DNA from: Cyanobacteria bacterium J06626_4
GTDB taxonomy: Bacteria; Cyanobacteriota; Cyanobacteriia; Phormidesmidales; Phormidesmidaceae
NCBI GenBank assembly: GCA_038523235.1
Contig: JBCBJQ010000014.1
Span: 23,582 to 87,581 of the forward strand
Reading direction: 5' to 3'
Length of the DNA stretch: 64,000 nucleotides
In this document: piece by piece, positions 21,625-31,934 of the stretch
How positions within the stretch are numbered: position 1 is the stretch's first letter
Layout of the letters: each line of letters opens with the position of its first letter
Made by a program: the position numbers and the translations under genes
Notes under the pieces: model-generated
Databases searched by the model: none
Told to the model about the DNA's origin: nothing
What the model saw: only the letters and a program-made list of their open reading frames with translations

Positions 21625-22014
21625 TTAGAGCAGCTTTTCGAGCTGTTGCCGAATGCTGTCGAGTTCTTGATTGGATAAGCGCGATTCGTCAGCGGTGGGG
21701 GGCACTTCTTCGACAGCATTGCCGTCTGGATCCCAGTCTGTCTGATCAACGCTGTTCTCTGGCGGCACCATCAGTGCCCCCGAGGCCACGAGTTTGGCTT
21801 CAAAGCCCGCTTCGGCACAAAATTCTTCGATATCGCGCTGATCAAATTCTTCGACCGTGGGAGAGGGAAAATCTTGAGCCTCTAGCATGAGAGCAAAGCG
21901 GGTGGCATCGTCTGCGTCTTCAAATATTAAAACGGTGTTTTTGCCATTGGCCTGCAACGAATGAATGCCTTCGTTGTCGGTTCCCGCGTTGAACAAGAGC
22001 ACGTAGACTTGCAT
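21625..22014 (-). CDS. DUF3110-family protein
   Basis: VYVLLFNAGTDNEGIHS, FE..DDA.RFALMLEAQDF, IR.QLEKLL. Confidence 0.85.
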   Translation of the reverse strand: MQVYVLLFNAGTDNEGIHSLQANGKNTVLIFEDADDATRFALMLEAQDFPSPTVEEFDQRDIEEFCAEAGFEAKLVASGALMVPPENSVDQTDWDPDGNAVEEVPPTADESRLSNQELDSIRQQLEKLL

Positions 22015-22219
22015 GAGTCTCTAATCCGGTTTTCATCTGTAAGCGTCAATTTTAAGTATCTTATGGGCAGCGAGACGATTTAAGTCAGGATGTGGGCTTA
22101 AACTTAGTGACCAAATTAGTCAGGGAAGCCGTTAGACCGCTCAAGAGTTGGTAATGTTTTTAATGGCCGACGGGACTTTCCCGACCGTGGAATGCATCAG
22201 AACACAGGTATGAGGGGTC

Positions 22220-25200
22220 ATGAGTAACGGGTCATCGCCAGAGCCGGAACCAACTAATGCAAAACAACGGCGTCGAATTTGGAAGACGACCGGCTTAACG
22301 CTTGGCGCGATCGCGATTCTCGGTGCGGCTGGGGGCACCTTGGCCGCTTGGATCTTTGTAAATGAGCGGCTCTCGCCCTGGGCCTCGCAGCAGCTGAGCG
22401 ATACCCTCGATCGCCCGGTCTATCTGGGCGAAGTAGAGCGGGCCTCGTTAACCGGTGTGCGGTTTGGTCAATCGGCGATGCCAGCGACTGAGGATGACCC
22501 CGATCAGCTCGTGGTCGAGACGGTGACGATTCGGCTGAATCTGCTGCAATTGCTGACGCGCACCCTGCGACCGCGCATTACCTTTGAAAATCCGATGGTG
22601 TATGTCGAGCAAAATGCCCAAGGGGAATGGCTGGACATCGACTTTGACTTCGACGATGACGACGATGATGAGGAAGACGAGGATCGCGATCCCTTCATTC
22701 GCGTTAGCCCCATCGTCGAAATTCTGAACGGCGAACTGACGGGCCTGCCCTACAGTGAAGCCCCAGCGACGGCGAGTCCGCTCAACATCAACGCGATCAC
22801 CGGTTCGGTCGAAGTGGCCCAGGTCGAGACGGCTGATTTTAGCGATCAAGAGACCTTAGTCAAAGCGCAAACGATTACCTTTGATGTCAGCGCCGAGCCA
22901 GAGAACGCCGGGACACTGGTCGTTAGCGGGGTGATTCAGCAGCCAGAGAGCAATGAGGACGATGGGACGGCATCGGCGATCGCCGCCAACCTGGCTCTCC
23001 AAGCCCAGGGCCTAGATTTAGGCATTCTGTCGCCGGTGCTGCTAGCGAGCCTGCCCCAAGATCTGCCCTTCGACGTGACGTCAGGTCTGCTCAACGGCAA
23101 TCTGGAGGTCAGCCTTGCCCCCGAGACCGAACCCAGTCTGACGGGTACCGCCAGCCTGCGGGATGGGGCGATCGCCTTTGACGCCTTGACCACGCCTTTC
23201 ACCGATATCAACACGCAGGCGCAGTTTCGCGATAATGGCGTCCGCTTAGATGAGATCACGGCCGATTTTGGTGAGATGTCGGCGGTGGCCGCTGGCACCA
23301 TTGACACGCGCAACGGCTATGACCTCACCGGCGAAATTTTTCCCGTAGCACTGACTGACATTGCTGCGGCCTTCGACTTCGAGCCACCAATTCCCGCCGA
23401 AGGCACGCTCAGAGCCGAGGCGGTCGAAATTACGGGGCCTTTGACGCAGCCTCTAATCGCGGGCAATATCCTCTCGACGGATGTCGTGACGCTCGATAAA
23501 GTTCAGTTCGCGAATATGGCCACCCGGCTCAGCTACAGTGCTGCCGGTTTAGCCTTTGCCAACTTATCTCTAGAGCCCTTAGCGGGCGGTAGTCTCACCG
23601 GTGAGGGCGCCCTGTCTTTTGGTCGGCCAGCGACCTTGGCCTTGCAGCTAACCGGCCAAGACCTACCCGCCGATGCCATTGGGCAGGCCTATGGGTTGCC
23701 GGAAACAGTGGTCATCGGTCCAGTCGCCCTAGAGGCTGACATCACCGGCCCAGTGAATGACCTCAGTGGTTTGGTGACCTGGAACGCCCCAGGCGGCACC
23801 TATCCCACCAACGGCACGGCAGAAATTGCAGCCAATACTGTGGTGGTGCAAAATGCCGCGATTGCCGGCGGCACTGCTTCGGGCACGGCAACCCTCAACG
23901 CGGGCCAATGGACAGCGGACGTCGCGGCCCAGGGCTTGCAATTGGGCGTGTTTAATCGCTCGCTAGAAGGTGTGGTTGGCGGTGGTGATGTTCGACTGGC
24001 GGGCAGCACAGCTGATTTCTCCCTGCGGGGGATTCGCGGTGATGGTGACATCACCGCCGCGCTGCTCGGGGGAACGTTCAACAGTCAGGTGGCCTTAGCC
24101 AACGGCGCGTGGACGGCGGATGTGACCACCCGCGACTTTCCCGTTAATCAATTTGCCGCGAATATCCCCGTCGATCGCATCAATGCCGATGCGCGACTTT
24201 CGGGGACAGTGGATGACTTTAGCCTGACAGCACTGCAGGGTGAGGGGACGGTAGCAGCAGCGATCGCAGGCGGTACGGTCACCAGCGATTTTCGCTTAGC
24301 CAACGGGGCGTGGCAGGCCGACGGCCAAGGCAGCAGTTTGCAGTTGGGGCAGCTTTCACCAGAGCTGCAGGGGACGGGCGACGCCACCTTCCAGCTGGCG
24401 GGCAATTTGGATGAGCTGACGCCTGCTGGGGTACGGGGCCGGGCTAATATTCGGCTATCAGATGGCTTGGCGACCCTGGCGGGCACCAACGCCGCCCTGG
24501 CGCAATCGAGATCGCCCCTCGATGCCAGTCTCGCTTGGGATGGCCGCCAGCTGCAAATTGAGCGGTTAGAAACGGCGGGTCTGTTTGCGAGCGGCACTGT
24601 GACGCCGCAGTTTACCGGCCCCAATGCCCCCAGCATCGCCGCGATCGACCTGGGGCTGATCGCCGAAAACTACGACTTAGCGACCCTGCCCATCGATTTG
24701 CCGCCCGTGTTGGGACTCGAGGGCCAGGCCGATTTTCAAGGTCGCCTCACGGGCACGCCTAGCGCCCTGAATTTTGCGGGCGATCTAGCCCTGGCTGATT
24801 TGGCCCTCAACGACTTGGTGTTTGAGCCCTTGCTGACCGGCGACGTGGATTTCTCCTCCCAAAATGGGCTCGTGGTTTCACTACTGGGCGTAGAGGATGA
24901 AATTTCCGTCACCTTTGATCCGCAGCCCCGACAGCTCGATGTGACGGTGCGCGCGGGCGAGTCGCTGGCGATCGCCACCACTGAGGGCAATCTGCTGCAG
25001 GCGCAGCTTTACAGCTTCCCCATTTCGGCCTTAAATCTGCCACCGGCCGACTCGGAATACGGCACGCTGCGCGGCCAGGTCGAGTTTGCCAATGCCACCG
25101 TCAATCTGAACGATTTCAGCACGACCGGACAGTTTGATGTGCAAAATTTGGGCATCGGTTTCTACAGCGTCGATCGCCTCTTTGGCGGCTTTTCCTACGC

Positions 25201-27841
25201 TGACGGGGTGGCTCGGTTGGCTAACGGTCAAATCCTTATGGCCGATCGCGATGCTCGCGGGGTGGCGATCGCCACCCGCACCTACGATGTGTCGGGCCGC
25301 TACGGCTTTAACCAATCGCCGCAGCTACAGGCCACCCTATCAACTGATGCCGGGGAACTGCGCGACGTTTTAGAAGTGCTCAAAATTCAGGAGCTGGCCG
25401 ACCTTAGGCGCGGCTTTAAGCCCAACGAGGGCTTCATTCCCAACTCTCCGGAAGAAGCGGAAGCTATTTTGGCCACGACGGCTGCGGGCAATCCCAACGG
25501 CACTCTGCTCGATCAGCTGCGGCGGCTCTCAGAAATTATGGAGCTGGAAGTCCAGGAAGAGATTCAGGCCAGTCAATCGACCATTCCGCCTCTCAGTGAG
25601 TTGCAGGGTGCCTTTGATGGCGTGGTGAATGTCTCGGCTGATCTGCCCGAGGATCTGCGAGTCACCTTTGATCTCAACGGGCAAGCTTGGCGCTGGGGGC
25701 CGGACATTAGTGCGGATGTGGTGTTGGCCCAGGGCGGCTATCGCAACGGCCTGATCACCCTGGCCCCCCTGCAATTTAGCTCTCAGGGCGAAACTGAAAC
25801 CTCCTCTGTCATCCTGGCCGGTGAGTTTTCTATTGACCCGGCGGATAATGAAAACCGCCTCATGACCCTCGAAGTAGTCAACCTCCCCAGCCGCCAGCTA
25901 GAAGATTTGGCAAATCTGCCCTTTGCGTTGACCGGCGATGTCAACGGCACTGCCGAGCTGCGGGGCCGCTTGAGTGCGCCCAATCTCTCTGGTCAGCTGC
26001 AGATTGCCAATGGCACCCTCAACAATGCCCCGATCGAACAAGTAGAAGCAACCTTTTCCTATGTCAATGCGCGGGCGGGGCTCGATGCTGAGCTGCTGCT
26101 CGTCGGGTCGGATGACCCGCTGACGCTATCGGCACGGGGGCCTTACCAGCTGGGCTTTGTGGCGCAACCGCCCACTGACACCAGCTACCGCCTCGTCGCC
26201 AATGTCAAAGATGAAGGGTTTGCCCTGTTAAACCTGTTTACCCGTCAGATCGCCTGGGAGTCGGGCGCCGGCACGATGATTTTGGATCTACAAGGTGATA
26301 CCGCTCAGAATAACGGCATTCCCAGCGAATTTCAGGGGCTCGTGACGCTGACTGGTGCCACGATCTCGGCCGCCGCTTTGCCGGTGCCGATGACTGACAT
26401 CACCGGACGCATCCGGCTATCGCCCGCTAATTTTGGCAGCATCGTCGTTGAAGATCTCACCGGCCAGTTTAGTGAAGGCCAACTTATGGCAGAAGGGGTG
26501 TTTCCTCTGTTAGTGCCCTTACCCAGCCAAGAGGCGGCTGAGGCCGATCCTAACGCCGATAGTCCAGAAGCAACGGTGGATGCCCCACCATCAGAAGACG
26601 GTTCAGAGATGGAAGACACCTCAGAGACCGCAACTGCTCCACAGGCTGAAGACGATTCAGAGACCGCAGCTGCTTCAGAAACTGAAGATGACAATAGTTT
26701 CTCCGCTCAGATTCAAGACAGCTTTGATGCCCAGCCTCTAACTGTAGACCTAGAAAACATTGCCCTCAACCTGCGGGGGCTGTACAACGGGCAAGTCAAT
26801 GGCGAGACACAACTGCTGGGCAGTTTATTGTCAGGACCGGTGCTCTCCGGTGAAATTGATCTCACGCGCGGCACGATTACGATTCCTGAGGGCAACGATG
26901 CGGCTCCCGTCACCACATCAACGAACGATCGCTCAACGCGCGAAAACCCACTCCCCCCCCTGCGGTTTGACAACTTACGTTTGGTGCTAGCCCGTAATAT
27001 CAACATCGTGCAGGGTAATTTGCTGGATGTCAGAGCACGCGGCGGGATGCGGCTGGACGGCACCATTGATAATCTGCGGCCAACGGGGACGATTCAACTG
27101 CCCTCAGGCCGGGTGGGGCTCTTTACGGTGGCGCTGAGACTAGCTGGCGATAACGATCGCGCCGAGTTTCGCGGCAGTTTTGACCCCATCCTTGATGTCA
27201 CCCTTCAGACCTCTCTGCCCGATGCCTCTTCCTTTAGTCAGGGCATTGGGGTGACGACGAGCCCCTTCCCCCAAAATGAAGTGTCAGATAACACCCTCAA
27301 TGAGATTGGCCTCACCCAACAGGGCAACACTCTGGTGCGCATCAATGCCCGCTATACGGGCAAAGCCAGCGAACTCGCTGATCTGACGACCGATTCGAGA
27401 AATTTGGAATTAACGAGTTCGCCCTCACGGTCTGAACAAGAAATCATCTCGCTGCTCAGCGGCAATGTGATTGGCGCATTGGACGCATTAGGCAACAGCG
27501 ATGATGCCCTGGCCGGGCTGGGCACATTTTTGGGCTCGGCGCTGTTAAGCAACGTTCGAGACTTTTTGGGTGACACGATTCCGCTGAGTGAGTTCCGCAT
27601 CTTTCAGGTGAATGAGAGCAGTGGTGGGGTCAACGACTCAGAGGATATCGGCGGTGAAATCGGGTTCGACGTCACCTCTAACATCTCTGTGTCGGTACTC
27701 AAGGTCTTGACCGATGACACGCCCTTTCAATTCAACACCCGCTATCGATTAAGTGATCAGTTCACTCTGCGCGGCACCACCAGCTATCAGGATTTCAGCG
27801 AGCGCACCGGAGTCTTGCTAGAGTATGAAACGCGGTTTTAA
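22220..27841 (+). CDS. tamB: TamB/AsmA-like translocation and assembly module protein
   Basis: 1873 aa, N-terminal TM, beta-rich Gly/hydrophobic body, C-terminal DP.LDV, LTSSP.RSE.EI..LL and terminal EYETRF. Confidence 0.82.
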   Translation: MSNGSSPEPEPTNAKQRRRIWKTTGLTLGAIAILGAAGGTLAAWIFVNERLSPWASQQLSDTLDRPVYLGEVERASLTGVRFGQSAMPATEDDPDQLVVETVTIRLNLLQLLTRTLRPRITFENPMVYVEQNAQGEWLDIDFDFDDDDDDEEDEDRDPFIRVSPIVEILNGELTGLPYSEAPATASPLNINAITGSVEVAQVETADFSDQETLVKAQTITFDVSAEPENAGTLVVSGVIQQPESNEDDGTASAIAANLALQAQGLDLGILSPVLLASLPQDLPFDVTSGLLNGNLEVSLAPETEPSLTGTASLRDGAIAFDALTTPFTDINTQAQFRDNGVRLDEITADFGEMSAVAAGTIDTRNGYDLTGEIFPVALTDIAAAFDFEPPIPAEGTLRAEAVEITGPLTQPLIAGNILSTDVVTLDKVQFANMATRLSYSAAGLAFANLSLEPLAGGSLTGEGALSFGRPATLALQLTGQDLPADAIGQAYGLPETVVIGPVALEADITGPVNDLSGLVTWNAPGGTYPTNGTAEIAANTVVVQNAAIAGGTASGTATLNAGQWTADVAAQGLQLGVFNRSLEGVVGGGDVRLAGSTADFSLRGIRGDGDITAALLGGTFNSQVALANGAWTADVTTRDFPVNQFAANIPVDRINADARLSGTVDDFSLTALQGEGTVAAAIAGGTVTSDFRLANGAWQADGQGSSLQLGQLSPELQGTGDATFQLAGNLDELTPAGVRGRANIRLSDGLATLAGTNAALAQSRSPLDASLAWDGRQLQIERLETAGLFASGTVTPQFTGPNAPSIAAIDLGLIAENYDLATLPIDLPPVLGLEGQADFQGRLTGTPSALNFAGDLALADLALNDLVFEPLLTGDVDFSSQNGLVVSLLGVEDEISVTFDPQPRQLDVTVRAGESLAIATTEGNLLQAQLYSFPISALNLPPADSEYGTLRGQVEFANATVNLNDFSTTGQFDVQNLGIGFYSVDRLFGGFSYADGVARLANGQILMADRDARGVAIATRTYDVSGRYGFNQSPQLQATLSTDAGELRDVLEVLKIQELADLRRGFKPNEGFIPNSPEEAEAILATTAAGNPNGTLLDQLRRLSEIMELEVQEEIQASQSTIPPLSELQGAFDGVVNVSADLPEDLRVTFDLNGQAWRWGPDISADVVLAQGGYRNGLITLAPLQFSSQGETETSSVILAGEFSIDPADNENRLMTLEVVNLPSRQLEDLANLPFALTGDVNGTAELRGRLSAPNLSGQLQIANGTLNNAPIEQVEATFSYVNARAGLDAELLLVGSDDPLTLSARGPYQLGFVAQPPTDTSYRLVANVKDEGFALLNLFTRQIAWESGAGTMILDLQGDTAQNNGIPSEFQGLVTLTGATISAAALPVPMTDITGRIRLSPANFGSIVVEDLTGQFSEGQLMAEGVFPLLVPLPSQEAAEADPNADSPEATVDAPPSEDGSEMEDTSETATAPQAEDDSETAAASETEDDNSFSAQIQDSFDAQPLTVDLENIALNLRGLYNGQVNGETQLLGSLLSGPVLSGEIDLTRGTITIPEGNDAAPVTTSTNDRSTRENPLPPLRFDNLRLVLARNINIVQGNLLDVRARGGMRLDGTIDNLRPTGTIQLPSGRVGLFTVALRLAGDNDRAEFRGSFDPILDVTLQTSLPDASSFSQGIGVTTSPFPQNEVSDNTLNEIGLTQQGNTLVRINARYTGKASELADLTTDSRNLELTSSPSRSEQEIISLLSGNVIGALDALGNSDDALAGLGTFLGSALLSNVRDFLGDTIPLSEFRIFQVNESSGGVNDSEDIGGEIGFDVTSNISVSVLKVLTDDTPFQFNTRYRLSDQFTLRGTTSYQDFSERTGVLLEYETRF
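23867..24470 (+). repeat. Three tandem 67-aa (201-nt) degenerate repeats inside TamB
   Basis: GGTASGTATLNAGQWTAD, GGTFNSQVALANGAWTAD and GGTVTSDFRLANGAWQAD begin at 23867, 24068 and 24269. Confidence 0.8.
26612..26692 (+). repeat. 36-nt tandem repeat in an acidic TamB linker
   Basis: GAAGACACCTCAGAGACCGCAACTGCT and GAAGACGATTCAGAGACCGCAGCTGCT at 26612 and 26648, partial third copy at 26684. Confidence 0.75.
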
Positions 27842-27848
27842 GCAATAG

Positions 27849-28475
27849 GTGGCGATGAAATCCTCCCCAGATGACTCTCCGCTAGCGGATGCGGCGGCGC
27901 CTGCTAGTGATCCCGCGACGCCAGCAGCACTGCCTCGCTGGCGTCGCCTTTGGGCCAGTCAGCAAGAGAACGTTCGCATTCTGGCGATCGCCCTGCTGGT
28001 GGCAATTGTGCTGCGGGTCTTTGTGGCGGAACCCCGCTTCATCCCCTCCAACTCGATGGAACCAACGCTTCATGTGGGCGATCGCCTGCTGGTCGAAAAA
28101 GTTTCTACCCATTTACATCCCCCCCAGGTGGGCAACATCGTGGTCTTTGAACCACCGCCGCAGCTCCGCCAGTATGGCTACAGCGGCAAGCAAGCCTTTA
28201 TCAAGCGCGTGATTGCAACCCCCGGCGAAACGGTCACGGTGTCTGATCATCAGGTCTTTGTCAACGGCCTACCCCTGCAAGAAAGCTACATTTTGGAACC
28301 GCCCGATTATCTGATGGGCTCTGTGACCGTGCCGCCCGGCAATGTTTTTGTCATGGGTGACAACCGCAACGACAGCAACGACTCGCACGTCTGGGGCGTA
28401 CTGCCTCAAGAGAATGTTATCGGGGTGGCACGCTTGCGGTTTTGGCCCTTGTCACGAGTCGGTGCGGTCTCGTAA
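27849..28475 (+). CDS. lepB: Signal peptidase I
   Basis: IPSNSMEPTL (catalytic Ser), FIKRV (catalytic Lys), MGDNRNDSNDSH. Start is 27849 or 27855. Confidence 0.95.
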   Translation: MAMKSSPDDSPLADAAAPASDPATPAALPRWRRLWASQQENVRILAIALLVAIVLRVFVAEPRFIPSNSMEPTLHVGDRLLVEKVSTHLHPPQVGNIVVFEPPPQLRQYGYSGKQAFIKRVIATPGETVTVSDHQVFVNGLPLQESYILEPPDYLMGSVTVPPGNVFVMGDNRNDSNDSHVWGVLPQENVIGVARLRFWPLSRVGAVS

Positions 28476-28610
28476 GTCACCTGATTTCAGGATTAGGGCT
28501 GAGGCACCGGTTCTCATCAAGATCAGCACTCTCCTCAAAGAGGGTAGGGCATAGGGACCAAAGAGGGTGAGGCGTAGAGGGCAAACGGGTGTCGCCCAGG
28601 ACGCTGAGCG

Positions 28611-29174
28611 TCAGACATTGAGATAATGCATCCACTGGCTAGTTTGGGCAGCGGATAGGCGGAGTCGATGATGGGCGTCACCCCAGTTGAGAAACGGCGA
28701 TCGCCGCCTTTCGTTAATGATCTGCTCAGCGACTCGGGCTGACATGCCCGGTAACGCCATCAATTGCCCCACAGTGGCCTGGTTAAGCGACGTGGACTGA
28801 GCGGCGATCAAACTCTCGGGGTCGTAATAGCAAAAAGCCAGAACGGGGCTCAGCGGCTCTAGAGCGCGACTAGATATCCCCAACGCCGCGGCGATATCGT
28901 CCAAGCCACAAAACACGACGCCATTTTGGCTCAGCGTAGCCAAGGTGCGCGCTTGATGAATCGACAGGCCCGGTAACCGTAACCAATCATCAATGGTGGC
29001 CTGGTTGACATCAATGGTGATGCCCAAATCAGCCGCGATCGCCACCTCTTCGAGGCTGTCAAGCCGCGCCAAGGGGTCGCGCTGCAGCCGCGATCGCGCC
29101 GGATGAAACTGTCGCAGCCAGGCCTGTAGGGGGCGACGAGCTGGCTCTGGGGGAGGTCTAAAGTGGTTCGCCAT
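28611..29174 (-). CDS. ComEA-like helix-hairpin-helix DNA-binding protein
   Basis: Two HhH units: IDVNQAT..DWLRLPGLS and LNQAT..QL..LPGMS. Confidence 0.8.
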   Translation of the reverse strand: MANHFRPPPEPARRPLQAWLRQFHPARSRLQRDPLARLDSLEEVAIAADLGITIDVNQATIDDWLRLPGLSIHQARTLATLSQNGVVFCGLDDIAAALGISSRALEPLSPVLAFCYYDPESLIAAQSTSLNQATVGQLMALPGMSARVAEQIINERRRSPFLNWGDAHHRLRLSAAQTSQWMHYLNV

Positions 29175-29203
29175 GCTCTGCTCAACGCATCGCTAAATCA
29201 GTC

Positions 29204-29638
29204 TTAGTTTAGCTTCGCTAGCAAATTGCGCCGCTTTTGTTCAAACTCTTGCTCTGAGAGCAGCCCCTCTTGGCGCAGCTGCTCCAACTCTCTGAGTGCC
29301 GCGGCGATCGCCTGAGTTTGTTGCGAGGCCGTGACGCCGACATCACTCACCGCCGCCCCCGTCGCCTCAGGCAATTCGCCCCGGCGCGACTTTGACAGCA
29401 ACCAAACCGCCTCAACCGCACAGGCAATCCGCGGAATTTGCGTCCATCCCAGCAGCAAATAAACCCCGCCCCAAATAGGCTGCCCCAGATAAAACTTATG
29501 GAGCCCAGTAATCGGGATCGGCAAAGGACTGAGCGCCCCGGCAAACGCTAGGACGGCAGCAATGCGCCATTGTTGCGATTGCTCTCGGGGCGTTTTTTGA
29601 CCAGTGCTCGATGCAGTTTGACGACTCGTCATTGGCAC
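29204..29638 (-). CDS. TM2/NINE plus SHOCT domain protein
   Basis: GLHKFYLGQ (TM2) and LRELEQLRQEGLLSEQEFEQKRR.LL (SHOCT). Start is 29638 or 29632. Confidence 0.82.
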   Translation of the reverse strand: MPMTSRQTASSTGQKTPREQSQQWRIAAVLAFAGALSPLPIPITGLHKFYLGQPIWGGVYLLLGWTQIPRIACAVEAVWLLSKSRRGELPEATGAAVSDVGVTASQQTQAIAAALRELEQLRQEGLLSEQEFEQKRRNLLAKLN

Positions 29639-30073
29639 CTCAAACCATCCTGTTGCCTGACTCTGGCTCTGTAAAGGTTAAGGCAGAGCAGGCCCGCTAT
29701 CGGCGTCCCTATAGCCTAACGTCTAGACGGCTCAACGATCAGACCCTCATTGTGAGCCAGCCCCCTCTCGTCATCATAAACGGAGGTCATCAATCTCATC
29801 GCCATGTCGCGACCGTGCAAAGACTCTTGAAACACAAGGGCAGCCTAGCGGTTTATTCATTAATATGGCTGTTAGGCTCGTGTTAGCTCACAGCCCTGGA
29901 TCAAGTGATGATGCTCTAGTCGCCACTCATATCCTTCCATAACCGGTCTACAACGTTAGTCTAGGGGCACTCCGGCTTAGTCAGCTTACGGCTCTGTAGC
30001 CCCCCGCTCAGAACGGCCAGAAAAATATGTCCCTTGTTGATTTCCCCGTTTGCCCCCATCTTGTTCGATTTGC

Positions 30074-31027
30074 ATGACACCACCGGTTTTTTCACCCGAC
30101 TGGCTTAAACAGTTTTCTGATCCCTATGCGGTATTGGGGGTGGCCGTTACGGCTGACGAAAAACGCATCGCCAAGCGTTATCGACAGATTGCTAAATGTT
30201 TGCACCCGGACCAGCAAATGGGGGCTGAAGCAGCTACGCGCGAATTTGCCAATCAGATTCTCACCCGCTTGATTAACCCGGCCTATCAACGCCTCAAGCA
30301 AGATAAAGGGCGCGCCGAAACCTTAGCGACCTTGCGCTTCAAAGTGCGCCGCCTGAACCGAGAAAAAAAATTGACCAGCCAGGCCAGTCTTTCTAAGCAG
30401 CTGTTGGCGATCGATGAGCCTGAAGTCGAAGTTTTTTACGAAAAGGCGCTAACAGAGCTTTCCGAACCTCAACACACCTCAGTTGAATCATTTGTTACTC
30501 AAACGACCGCAATTTCTGAGCTCAATTTAATCTACCTCCGTCGCAAAATGGGCGACCCCGTCATTCGTGAAAAACGCACGGGGTTGGTCGCATCCGCCAC
30601 GGTTAACAACGGGGCAACCGTCACCGCTTCACCAGTCCCTTCTAAGGGCACGAATAAAGAAGCGCCTGCGGTTGACTATGCTCAGCGACATGTGATGCGC
30701 GCCAAAACCTACATTGCCAGCAAGTCTTTTTCGCAAGCGGTGCAAGAGCTGCGAGATGCCGTTCGCATTGAGCCCGAAAACAGCAATTACCACACGATGC
30801 TGGGACAAGCCTACCTCATGCAAAAAATGGTAGGTATGGCCAAAGTGCATGTTCGTCAGGCGCTTAAACTTGACCCCAACAATCACATTGCTCACAAATA
30901 CGCCAAGCAGCTCCAAATTGAGATCGTCCCCCCTAAGGCGCAAAGCAACGGCCAACAGAATGGCCGCAGCCAACCTCAAAAAGGCGGCTTCTTCAGTTTT
31001 TTTACACGTAATCGAGCCGCTAAGTAG
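30074..31027 (+). CDS. J-domain plus TPR protein
   Basis: DPYAVLGV, LHPD, INPAYQ and C-terminal TPR helices. Confidence 0.85.
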   Translation: MTPPVFSPDWLKQFSDPYAVLGVAVTADEKRIAKRYRQIAKCLHPDQQMGAEAATREFANQILTRLINPAYQRLKQDKGRAETLATLRFKVRRLNREKKLTSQASLSKQLLAIDEPEVEVFYEKALTELSEPQHTSVESFVTQTTAISELNLIYLRRKMGDPVIREKRTGLVASATVNNGATVTASPVPSKGTNKEAPAVDYAQRHVMRAKTYIASKSFSQAVQELRDAVRIEPENSNYHTMLGQAYLMQKMVGMAKVHVRQALKLDPNNHIAHKYAKQLQIEIVPPKAQSNGQQNGRSQPQKGGFFSFFTRNRAAK

Positions 31028-31218
31028 GGTTATCTCGCCTTGGCGACGCGATCGGGCCACTTTTAGAGTGAAGTTGTAATTACGGAGGTTAACCAGGGGT
31101 TTAATCAAGGCTTGAGGGATTCTCTCGATGATGTGCCTTGTCAACTGGCTGTTCTCTAAAAATTACGGCGGTAACCAGTTTCTTTTTCAACAGAACATAT
31201 TATTAATCACTCGGTGAA

Positions 31219-31536
31219 ATGGGAATTTTTGATTCTGAAATTGTTCAACAAGAAGCCATGTCACTGTTTCAGGACTATCAGAACCTGATGCAGATGGGCA
31301 GTGGCTATGGCAAGTTCGATCGCGAAGGCAAAAAACTCTACATCCAACAAATGGAAGATGTGCTGGAGCGCTACCGCATCTTTATGAAGCGGTTTGAGCT
31401 ATCGGATGATTTCATGGCCAAGATGACCGTTGAGCAGCTCAAAACTCAGCTCAGCCAAGCCGGTATGACGCCGCAGCAAATGTTTGACCAAATGCACGTG
31501 ACGCTAGAGCGGATGAAGGCTGAAATCAAAGATTAA
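31219..31536 (+). CDS. DUF1825-family protein
   Basis: FDSEIVQQEA..LF.DYQ.L, YGKFDREGKK, FMKRFELS.DF. Confidence 0.88.
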   Translation: MGIFDSEIVQQEAMSLFQDYQNLMQMGSGYGKFDREGKKLYIQQMEDVLERYRIFMKRFELSDDFMAKMTVEQLKTQLSQAGMTPQQMFDQMHVTLERMKAEIKD

Positions 31537-31720
31537 ACCGGAGGCATCCAGAATCCACGGCCATAGACCCGCAGGGATAGAGTTTGTGGATGCTCGGTAT
31601 CAATGAAATTAAGGTGTTCGCTCAACTCGCCCATATAGTCAGTCGAGAGCCGTCATTAGACCCAGCCGGCGGTGGTGCGTCACGCTTCAACTTGCCGTCG
31701 AGAGCCGTGATAAACGATGT

Positions 31721-31796
31721 GTAGGGTGCGTTGGGCTACCGCCGCAACGCACCGTCAGCTGGTCTTTGGTGCGTCACTTGGCGTGACGCACCCTAC
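31721..31796. repeat. GTAG-type REP doublet (REPIN-like)
   Basis: GTAG-GGTGCGTTG...CAACGCACC and an inverted unit GGTGCGTCAC..GTGACGCACC-CTAC, between convergent genes. Confidence 0.75.
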
Positions 31797-31934
31797 GATA
31801 GTGATGCTTACTGGTATCTTCTGACCGGGAAATCGCCTAAGTGTTTGGTTGCCGTTGCCCAGAATGTTGGGGCAATGGCGTTTCACGAGATGTCTGTCAG
31901 CAACAGCTAGCTTGGCGAAGCGCTCGTCTGACGG

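Noticed and set aside
31620..31800. CRISPR array
   Set aside because: Repeats are inverted palindromes without regular spacers, and there are no cas genes. REP elements fit better.
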